Of a DNA stretch of 64,000 nucleotides, positions 46,234 to 56,175 are shown one piece after another. How positions within the stretch are numbered: position 1 is the first letter of the stretch; the number at the start of each line of letters is the position of its first letter. Made by a program: the position numbers and the translations under genes. This DNA is from Neocallimastix sp. 'constans' (Eukaryota): contig JBODTK010000121.1 in assembly GCA_050613775.1 (NCBI GenBank), positions 310,001 to 374,000 on the forward strand. Reading direction: 5' to 3'. The notes under the pieces are model-generated. The model worked only from the letters and a program-made list of their open reading frames with translations, was not told where the DNA came from and made no database searches.

Positions 46234-46813
46234 TTTAATAAATCTAATAATAAATTTTAATAAACAAATTAAAAAAAAAAAAAAAAAAATTTATTATATT
46301 GTTATATAGAGACTTCAGGGGACGAAGTCTAATTTAAGTGGGGGCGTCTTGATACGTAACCACTATAAATATGATATTTAGGTAGATTCTTTAGGTTAAA
46401 GAAATACTTAAATATTATTGGTCAGCAATAATTTTATAACAATATATAATTTTATAATAATAATTATTAAACGGAGAATTCTTTTATTTATAAGTATATA
46501 CTTATGAAAAATTAATTCACATAAATAGCTATTTTTATATTTTATTTTAGTATAGTTAAAAAGAGATATTATATATATTTGAGATAATTAATTATAATAT
46601 TTATATAAGAAAGTAATAATAATAATTGATGTAATAATTAATAATTAATAATAAATAAAGAGTACATTAAAAAGATATATTTATTACTTTATTTTGTATT
46701 ATTGTATGTGTTATTTCTATTTAATATTAGAATATATTATTTTGTCATAATTCCTTATTGTCATTGCCCATAAATAAATATTAATTTAGATACATAAGTA
46801 AAATATCGTATCA
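43171..46813 (+). mobile_element. E3: gag-only non-autonomous LTR element with non-matching LTRs
   Basis: 5' LTR-like 43171-~44362 (TGATAC...GTATCA), PBS TGGTGGAGAATCCGGGCG at 44371 (tRNA-Ala-like), single gag ORF, PPT GTGGGGGCGTCT, 464-bp 3' LTR 46350-46813 (TGATACG...CGTATCA). Confidence 0.85.
44601..46061 (+). CDS. gag: E3 Gag-like protein with CCHC knuckle and long Asn-rich tail
   Basis: 486-aa intact ORF; CFRCYELGHKAVNCRHTFKELAELE resembles E4 CFKCNQIGHVIRQCPYSYKELAEME. Confidence 0.85.
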   Translation: MNVFKILSTLPLLENYNNDINEWIEELTESFELWDIKEQERRFILCKECVNKEIRYVLDELKEEKNQVPSLKEIKIALEEYLEITPSVKYWNLINLKINSNESISNFNYKYLRKYNDIDNKIKKLITVNNYVNSIKSRIYPCLRILEEEIEDINEALKYAEKVERIEKKLNLNLYNIYKNNKQKWNNNNFKMNKLNSNINNKNNKIMCFRCYELGHKAVNCRHTFKELAELERTGILEINKRRNFIPGNHNNYNYKFNSYDRNKSYNNYYRRNYNLNSNIAENHHNMISFSKKHNGNKEIYRNNYNLNNNFGNNNSNNLNNYLNKSNYDLNKNFSTNNNNSSLNENMNTKKNRIYNNHGINYNMQRNKDVNIGNEINFNNNLNNNCVENTFNSNIDNTQDNIIGNNINKNNNEYNRNINSVGNNSGFNNNNTNNNDNYTNNENKNVININEMNYNKNKNNNNNNNNNNNNNNNKNNKNNRNKKKKK

Positions 46814-46974
46814 ATTTTGTTACGGAACTAGCCAAAATACAATAAACTAATGATTTAAATTATACAATTCGAAATTATAATTAAATTTAATAACTTTATA
46901 TGTTAATTAATTTAAACTATTTTTATAATTTCATAATTTTATTTTTAATTTAAAATAATTATATAAATTATCAA

Positions 46975-47226
46975 ATTAAATTGATTAATAACTAATTATT
47001 AAATAATTATTATTTTATTAAATTGATTAATGACTAATTATTAAATAATTATTATTTTATTAAATTGATTAATGACTAATTATTAAATAATTATTATTTT
47101 ATTAAATTGATTAATGACTAATTATTAAATAATTATTATTTTATTAAATTGATTAATGACTAATTATTAAATAATTATTATTTTATTAAATTGATTAATG
47201 ACTAATTATTAAATAATTATTATTTT
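46975..47226 (+). repeat. 42-bp tandem repeat inside the E4 LTR (6 copies in 5' LTR, 5 copies at 52691-52900 in 3' LTR)
   Basis: Unit ATTAAATTGATTAATGACTAATTATTAAATAATTATTATTTT counted directly. Confidence 0.9.
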
Positions 47227-47771
47227 ATATTAATTAAATTGATTTATTATTATATTTAATTATTATTTATATTAAAATGTTTTAAGAATTATAATATCGA
47301 AAATGTTATCAATAATTTTATTGTTAAATTTATTAATTTTATCATTATTAATATTTTGTCATTAAAAATAATATTAATTATATTAATATTAATATTTTTA
47401 TTATTAAAATAACTTTTAAAAATATTATTAAAATCACATGTAATAATTAATTCTAATAAGAATTAAAATAATTATAAAATTCATGTAGTAAAAAAAAAAT
47501 ATAAAAGAAAAAGAAAATACTTAATAAAAAATTTAAGAGTTAATAAAAGATAAAAAAAAATCTAATTATTAAGAATATATTATTTTTGAAAATAAAAATT
47601 TAAATTATTCGAAATCCTGCAACATTTGGCGAGCTATGCAGGACTCAATCAAAAATAATATGAAAATTGATAATTAAAAATAAAATATTGAGTTAAAAAT
47701 AATTAATTGTTTTAAAAAAAAAAAAAAAAAAATTTTTTAAAAAAAAAAAAGTGAAAAGAGAAGAGTAGAAA

Positions 47772-48621
47772 ATGAAGATTTTGGAATTAGAAGAGCTACT
47801 TCCTAGATTGGACGAAAACTTGAAGGAACTCTTGGGGAGACGAGTTTATTCGAATAATGAAACTAGCCAACATTACTAGTCCTTCTAGTATTCATACTTG
47901 GGCCATGGAATGCACAGAAGGGAAACTCAGAGGAGTTTTACAGGAGCTTGTGACTACTGATCAAGAAGGAAATGAAGTCTACCCATCGTTTCAAGAAATA
48001 AAGAAAGCGTTAGAAGACGCAATGGAAATAACCCCTCAAGAGAAGTGCAAAAGACTTCAGAAGATGGTTATTCAAAAAGGAGAGTCTATTAAAAATTTTA
48101 ATTGGAGATATAAAAAGCTATACAATAATCTTAGTAAACTTTATCAGACCTTTATAACCGTAGACGACTATATCGATTCCATAGCTTACAGACCTTACGC
48201 AAGAGCTCAAGTAATAACGCAAAGGTGTGAAGATCTTGAAGAGGCATTCGAAGAAGCAGAACTCGCTGAGAGAGCCGAAGAAAGAAGGAATAAAAGAAAT
48301 GAAACTATCATGACAGCCGTATATACTAATCAAAGTTCTAGGCTAGATAAATTTATAAACAAAAATCATCCATTCAAACAATTTGGAATCAATAATCATC
48401 AACAGAATGATAATATAAACTATTATGGTAAAAACAGTAAAGCAAATCAAAAATTTAAAATTAATTCTGTAATTTCCAAGAAACCATCAAAGGAGTTAAA
48501 ATGCTTTAAATGTAACCAAATTGGACATGTAATTAGACAGTGTCCATATAGTTATAAAGAGTTAGCCGAAATGGAAGAATCTGGAAAGTTGACAACTGAA
48601 AATAACTCTTTAAACTATTAA
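47772..48621 (+). pseudogene. gag: E4 gag with apparent frameshift near 47828
   Basis: ATG 47772 MKILELEELLPRLDENLKEL switches frame to SWGDEFIRIMKLANI... (ORF 47857-48621), as judged by alignment to E3 gag; CCHC knuckle present. Confidence 0.75.
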
Positions 48622-51600
48622 TGGGAAGAAGGAAAACTTCCACTAATCAAACCAATAATTTAAAACTAGACGTAATAGCCGTAGCCGCAAGAAACGCAAA
48701 AGATAAGCAGAAATATCAACCTTATGAGAAATTACAAAAAATAACAACCTTAAGGGATAATCCAATTCCAATACCAGTTCCAACAAATAGGAAAGAAAAT
48801 AATTTAAAAAGAACCAACAATAAAATAGTGATAGAAGAAAAACAAAATGATTCTAATACAAATGAAAATACTGAAAAATTGAAAGAAATTGATCTATCAG
48901 TAATTGCTCAACCTTCAATAAACAAATCAAAAAAGGACTCGAAAGAACAAAGAAATAAAGATATATATCAAGAAGCAAAAGTAATGAATGAATCCAACTT
49001 AAATAAAAAAGACTCTTTCTCAAAAGGTAAACCAAATTCTAAGAAAAAACATATAGCAATGTTAGAACCGTAACATGAATATGATATAAATACAGATTTA
49101 AATTCAATAACAGCGAACATTACATTTGCACAGTTGTTGGATATTAGTCCAAAACTACGCTCTCAATTAACTAAAGCTTTAAAGTTAAAAAATGTCCAAT
49201 GTGATGATAAAATGGAAGAAGTCATTTTATCAGCCATATCCAAAGATGACATTGCAACATGTGAATGTTATATCAACGGTAGAAAGGGTAGTGCATTTTT
49301 AGACACGTGTGCAAGTATTAATATAATTTCAAGAAAATTTTTAAAGAATTTAGGAACTTTGAAACCTTTTGGTTACACTACTAATAATATCATACAAATC
49401 ACTACAAAAACTAGCATTTCTTCTGAACTTTACTTATTAAAAGTTGAAATTGGAAAATTATGTATTCAAGACATATTCAGAGTAATTGATTATGAACAAG
49501 ACTTATTTGATGTACTTATAGGCTACAAAACTTTAAAAAAAAATAATTTATTTATAAATCCAATCAATAATTATTTATGTCAAATGAATGAAAATGAAAG
49601 TTTTAAGAAAATAGTATTATTATCAAATGATACAAATGATTCAAACTGTATCGAAAAAGATTATGAAGACAACTTTGACAATGATTCTATGCTATTTTGT
49701 TTTATCAATAAAATTAATACGTCTAATGAAGTCAATAAAAAATCAGTAACTAACACTAAAATTGATGAACCTATAACAATGGAAATGAAAAATGATGATA
49801 CAGAATCCAAACAAGATAATGAGGAAAACAATATAGGAACAAAAAACATTCCTAATGAAAAAAGAAACTTGGTTATGCAAATAATAAATGAGAGCCCATC
49901 GTTTATTAGGAAAAAATTTAAAAAATTATTGAAAAACAACATAGAAATCTTAGCTATCAAAATTGATGAATTGGGAAGAACAAAGCTACTACCACACTCT
50001 ATTCAAATTAAAGAAAATACAACTCCAATAAAACAAAAATGTTACAGACTATCAAAGATTCAAGCGCAAGCACTTAAGAAAGAAATTATAAAATTACTAC
50101 GAAATAAATTAATAGAGCCTTCCTGTTCTCCATGGTCCTCACCTGTAATTCTTGTTCTAAAGAAAAATAATAAATGGAGAATGTGTATCGACTTCAGGAA
50201 ATTGAATAATGTTACCATAAAAGACGCCTATTCATTGCCATTAATAGATGATATTCTATTTTCTATAGGGAAAAATGTAAAGATTTTTACGACACTTGAT
50301 TTATTCTCCGGGTTTCATCAAATCCCGATGAACCTTGAAGACATCCCAAAAACTTCTTTCACTACGATGTATGGGAATTACCAATTTAAAGTTATGCCTT
50401 TCGGACTCTGCAACGCCCCAGGAACCTTTCAACGCGAAATGAATAGGATATTCCTTCCTCTAATTGGAAAATGCATGTTTATTTACATTGATGATTTGAT
50501 TATATTCTCTACCAGTCTCGAAGATCATATTTCAGATCTTAATAAAGTTTTTCAAATTATAAAAGAAAACGGTCTAAAAATCAATCTTGAAAAATTCAAG
50601 TTTTTTAAAGAATCCGTCGAATTATTAGGTCACACTGTCTCAATCAATGGAGTCTCTCCTATTCCTTCAAAGACCAAGGTAATTTTTGAATGGCTTCCAC
50701 CGTCAAACATTAACCAGTTACAATCCTTCTTAGGAGCCGTAGGATATTACCGAAAGTTTATTTTTAATTTCGCATCAATCGCTAAACCTCTTTTTAAACT
50801 TTTAAAGAAAGGAGTGAAGTTTTCATGGGGGGAGAAAGAAAAAGAAAGTTTTGAAGAATTAAAAAACTGTTTGATTACTGCACCTATTTTATCGATGCCC
50901 GATTTTGATAAACAATTTATCATACGAACCGACGCCTCGTTTGATGGAATAGGCGGAGTACTGTTACAAAAGGACGATGCTGGAAATGAGAAACCTATTC
51001 ATTTTATAAGCCGTTCTTTGAAGCCAGCAGAAAAAAATTATGGAATCACTGACTTGGAAGGAACAGCCGCTTTTTATTGTGTTAAAAAATTTAAACCTTA
51101 TATTTCTGGAAACAAACAAGAAACGTTACTCTTCACCGACCACAAGCCATTAATAGGACTTTTTAAAAATAAGGAAACAATGAACTCTCGACAAACAAGA
51201 TGGGTTTTACTTCTCTCTATGTTAAAGGTAAATATAATTTACGAACCAGGGAAGAAAAATGTCATAGCAGACGCGTTATCCAGGATGAGAATGAAAAATG
51301 AAGAAGTAGTAGCAACCTTATTGTCTGACTTGAACATTAATATTAACAACAAACTAATTAGTAAATTCAATGATAAATTTATCAAGGTTAATAACGAGGA
51401 ATATTTTGTTAATCAAGGATCTCTAAGAAAAGTTATAAAAGAAGATAAACAAAAAATTAAATTAATTCTCGAGGCACACAGGATTGGACATGAAGGGGTT
51501 TTCAAGACTTATAACCGACTGAAGAAAGACTATTACTGGGTAAACATGATATTAGATGTTAAGTATTTTGTTAGTACATGCAAAAAATGTCAGTTATTTA

Positions 51601-52520
51601 AACCGCAGACTTTTAATACTCAAACGGAGAATATTCCCACAAAACCGGGCTTACCTTTCACTGTAGTAGGATTGGATATCGTAGGGCCATTACCGGTGTC
51701 AGAAAAAGGAAATCAGTATATTATAGTCTTAGTAGACTACTTAACAAAGTGGGTAGAAGCTGAGCCCACTGGTACCATTGATTCAAATGATGTAATATTT
51801 TTCTTAACTAAGGTGTTTTCGAGACACGGTATACCAGAAATTTTAATAACAGACAATGGTTCTCAATTCCGTTCAGACAAAACTAAAGCCTTCCTAGATC
51901 TTTATGGAGTCTATGTAAAATATATTTCTGTTTATCATCCTGAATCAAATGGAATGGTAGAAAACAGAAATAAAGAGATTGGGAAATACCTTAGGATATT
52001 ATGCAATAATAATACACATAAATGGGACGAAATACTTCCTAGTGCTCTTTGGGCCCTCAGAACCTGTAAAAATGAGTCAACTAAGTTCTCCAGCTTCGAA
52101 CTTTTGTACGGTCGTCGAGACTTCCAACCCTTTGAGCTAACTATCAATTTAGACAGGAAAGAAGAATATGAGAGTGAAGAAGAATACCTTATTAGGAAGT
52201 TTACTAGACATCACTTATGGATTAAAGAAGCTATAGAAAATATTCAAACTGCCAATAAGTTATGGGAAGACAGAAGAAACCAAATGAAGCGATTAAAAGC
52301 AGAATATAAACCAGGAGAACTAGTTTTGATTAGAACAATTAATAGGAAAAAACTTGAACCTTTCTTTGTAGGACCTCTAAAAATAGTAAAGCAACAATAT
52401 AATACAGTAACTTTATGCGACCCCATCACTAATGAAATTGCGAATAGAAATGTGCATCTGAAAAATATAGTTCCGTACAAATTATGCGAAATTGAAACTT
52501 CTGGGACGAAGTCCAATTAA
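48609..52520 (+). CDS. pol: E4 Pol in -1 frame to gag, interrupted by in-frame TAA at 49071-49073
   Basis: AFLDTCAS protease, YIDDLIIFS RT, TDASFDGIGGVL RNase H, HHCC plus LDIVG/TDNG/E integrase; no chromodomain. Confidence 0.92.
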
Positions 52521-55401
52521 AAAGGGGGCGTCATGTTACGGAACTAGCCAAAATACAATAAACTAATGATTTAAATTATACAATTCGAAATTATAATTAA
52601 ATTTAATAACTTTATATGTTAATTAATTTAAACTATTTTTATAATTTCATAATTTTATTTTTAATTTAAAATAATTATATAAATTATCAAATTAAATTGA
52701 TTAATGACTAATTATTAAATTATTATTATTTTATTAAATTGATTAATGACTAATTATTAAATAATTATTATTTTATTAAATTGATTAATGACTAATTATT
52801 AAATAATTATTATTTTATTAAATTGATTAATGACTAATTATTAAATAATTATTATTTTATTAAATTGATTAATGACTAATTATTAAATAATTATTATTTT
52901 ATATTAATTAAACTGATTTATTATTATATTTAATTATTATTTATATTAAAATGTTTTAAGAATTATATTATCGAAAATATTATCAATAATTTTATTGTTA
53001 AATTTATTAATTTTATCATTATTAATATTTTGTCATTAAAAATAATATTAATTATATTAATATTAATATTTTTATTATTAAAATAACTTTTAAAAATATT
53101 ATTAAAATCACATGTAATAATTAATTCTAATAAGAATTAAAATAATTATAAAATTCATGTAGTAAAAAAAAAATATAAAAGAAAAAGAAAATACTTAATA
53201 AAAAATTTAAGAGTTAATAAAAGATAAAAAAAAGAAAATCTAATTATTAAGAATATATTATTTTTGAAAATAAAAATTTAAATTATTCGAAATCCTGCAA
53301 CAATTTGTTGTAAGAATCTATAATTATTTTTAACAAAATAATTATATTTTCTTAGTTAGGTTATAATTAATATAACTTTTATTAAACTCATATGTCATTT
53401 ATACAATTAATTATAATTAATAATTTATTTAATTATATATTAAAATTTTATTTAGTTTAATATTAAAAATTTATTTAATTAAATAATATTTATACATTTA
53501 AAATAATATTAAATTTATTTAATTATTCACTTAATTATTAAATTTATTAGTTTTAGTTTTCTCTCACTTATTAAATCATAAACTAAAACACTATTCTGTA
53601 TTTTATCATGTATTCTGTATTCTATCATGTATTCTGTATTGTATTAATCATGTATTTTATTATTAATGTATTGTTTTATATTTTTTATGTAAAGTTCTAT
53701 AAAATAGAACTAAATAGATTAAATTTTAAATTTTATGATCGAAATAATTTTCATTGTTTTATTCTTTTATTTTCGATCATTATATTAGATTAAGTAATCG
53801 GTTAATTAAGGTTTTTCCAATTACTTCTTAAAAGTAATCGGTTTTACTTAATTAACGCGACGATCGATATGGATAGAATATCGATCAAAAAACTTATCTA
53901 GGTTTTTCTTCTAGTCTTTTCCTAGATAAGAGATTTGTTAAGATTAGAACCCCTTTTGATTTTAACCTTATTTTGAAAAAAAAGTATAAATAAGGCTCTT
54001 GAGTTCTCTTTGAGAAATCAAGAGTTATTATTATAACAATTATAATATAATAATAATAACAATAAGTTTTAACATTTAAAATTTTTAATAAAAAATAAAA
54101 CAAATTATTTTAATAAAACAAATTTTATAATTAAAACTTTTCCTTATCAATTTTAGTGTTTCGTCTATTATAATTCGTTATAATAAACTCGATAATTAGA
54201 AAGAACCATAGGTAAGTATGATTCTTTTCTAAACCTTTAATATTAGCAGTTAGAGCTAATATTAATGATTAATAATTTAATTATAATTTTTTAATTAAAT
54301 TATTACAATAATAACTCTTCTTAGTATAGTTTAATAGAATAGTTAATTAATTTAATAATATAATTAATTTCTAGAATCAAGTAGTACAAAATAATTTAGT
54401 GTAGTACAATAAAAATTTTTATGATTGAAAATAAATAAAATAATATAAATTATATAGAATAATCTAGAAATTAAAAAAATAAATTAATATATAGTAAATA
54501 AATTAAATATTAAAATATAAGTAGATAATATTAGTAAATCAGATCAAAAATCATTAATTAATAATTTAGTATAGAAATTATAAGAATAAATTAATATAAA
54601 CCATAAATTAAATATTAAAAAATAAGTAAATAGTAATAATTAATTGGATAAATAATTAAAATCATAAAAAATTAAAAGAATAGATATATAGTAATAAATA
54701 ATAATAAATAATAATAAATAATAATAAATAATAATAAATAATAATAAAATAATAATAAATAATAATAAATAATAATAAATAATAATAAATAATACTAAAT
54801 AATACTAAATAATAATAAATAATAATAAATAATAATAAATAATAATAAATAATGATAGTAAATAATAAATGATAAATGATAAATGATAAATGATAAATAA
54901 TAAAAAAAATTAAACAACAATAAATAGCAATAATAAAATAAATAATAACAATAAGAACACATAAATACACTAACATATGTTTACATGATTTTAGGGAAAT
55001 AGAACTGGAAGAAGTAGGCCAAGGAAACAATATAGAAGAACCAAGACTTAGTACAGACCTTAGAAGCAGAAGTGTGTTAGCATCTAGGTAACAGTTTCCG
55101 GATTAAGTTTATCTGTCACAGGCAGCGATCTGGGCAGCTCTGGACTGGCCTATCCGATGTGTGGTAGGTTGCAATCGTGGTGTACGCGGGAACATGACAC
55201 CAGTAATAGGCAAGCTGCTCCCGTCATTAAGTACATACTACTGTTTACTGCTAACGTGCTTCTGGAAAATCGTCTGGAAATGCTTGAGTATTTTCTTATT
55301 CAACTGTTTTCTTTCGCCAAAACTTCCTAACTATGACCTTATAATCATAATAAACATATATATATATTTCATAGTTAATATAATTTATAATTTAGGTAAA
55401 A

Positions 55402-56145
55402 ATGGAATCCAATAGTAATAACGCCCAAATTCCAAGTGAGGTTGAATCCTCAAAGCTTATAACAGCTTTAACAGAATTTATTCCTACCTTCTTTTCCGCC
55501 GACGTAGTGTTATCCAAGGACTTAGCTGATAACAACAAACTTAACGTTAATGAGCTCCTGGAACAGAGTGAATTGTTTTTTAAAAAACATCCCAACTCTT
55601 TTTCCACGGACGACTTAAAAATTTCTTATGTTATCAGCATGTTACATGGACCTCCAAAGAAATGGGGACTTTCATTGAAGGCTGATGGAACTTTAAATTC
55701 GTTAAGCTATGACACCTTTAAAGATATTTTGATAAGCAATTTTGGGGATACTAAAGAACAGAAGGATGTTCTTATTGAACAACTTCTAAACTTAAAACAA
55801 CTTCATTTAGGAAGAGCCGCATTATATACTATTGAATTTCGAAGGTTAGCTGGACGTATTGGATGGCCGGACGATGTATTCATTGACCTAATCAAAAGAG
55901 GTCTTCTTGAGGATGTTAAAACAGAGTTCAATAAATTAGACAAACCTAAAAGTTTATTTGAGGCAACAAATTCTATTATCAATATTGATAGAAAATGTTT
56001 ACTTAAGCAAAAAGTAAAGACCAATGACTACAAGCCAAAGAGTAGTAAATCTTTCAAACGAAAAAGAAACGAAACTAACATGACCGAAAACAAATTTAAA
56101 CGCAATAAGCGCCATAAGGGACGAGACAATGGAAGTATTTTATAA
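55402..56145 (+). CDS. gag: E5 Gag (retrotransposon capsid-type, basic C-terminus, no CCHC knuckle)
   Basis: 247 aa; FSTDDLKISYVISMLHGPPKKW...YTIEFRRLAGRIGW. Confidence 0.85.
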   Translation: MESNSNNAQIPSEVESSKLITALTEFIPTFFSADVVLSKDLADNNKLNVNELLEQSELFFKKHPNSFSTDDLKISYVISMLHGPPKKWGLSLKADGTLNSLSYDTFKDILISNFGDTKEQKDVLIEQLLNLKQLHLGRAALYTIEFRRLAGRIGWPDDVFIDLIKRGLLEDVKTEFNKLDKPKSLFEATNSIINIDRKCLLKQKVKTNDYKPKSSKSFKRKRNETNMTENKFKRNKRHKGRDNGSIL

Positions 56146-56175
56146 GCAAATTACACCCCAAGTCATAATAATAAA

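Larger units (their letters stand above)
46818..53302 (+). mobile_element. Ty3/gypsy LTR retrotransposon E4 (full length), flanked by ATTT on both sides
   Basis: LTRs 46818-47624 and 52534-53302 (TGTTAC...GCAACA); PBS TGGCGAGCTATGCAGGAC at 47627 (tRNA-Arg-like); PPT AAAAAGGGGGCG; ATTT at 46814-46817 and 53303-53306. Confidence 0.97.

Noticed and set aside
53608..54103. Duplicated small ORFs (also 59910-60405)
   Set aside because: They lie within the two E5 LTRs; duplication reflects the LTR, with no coding evidence.
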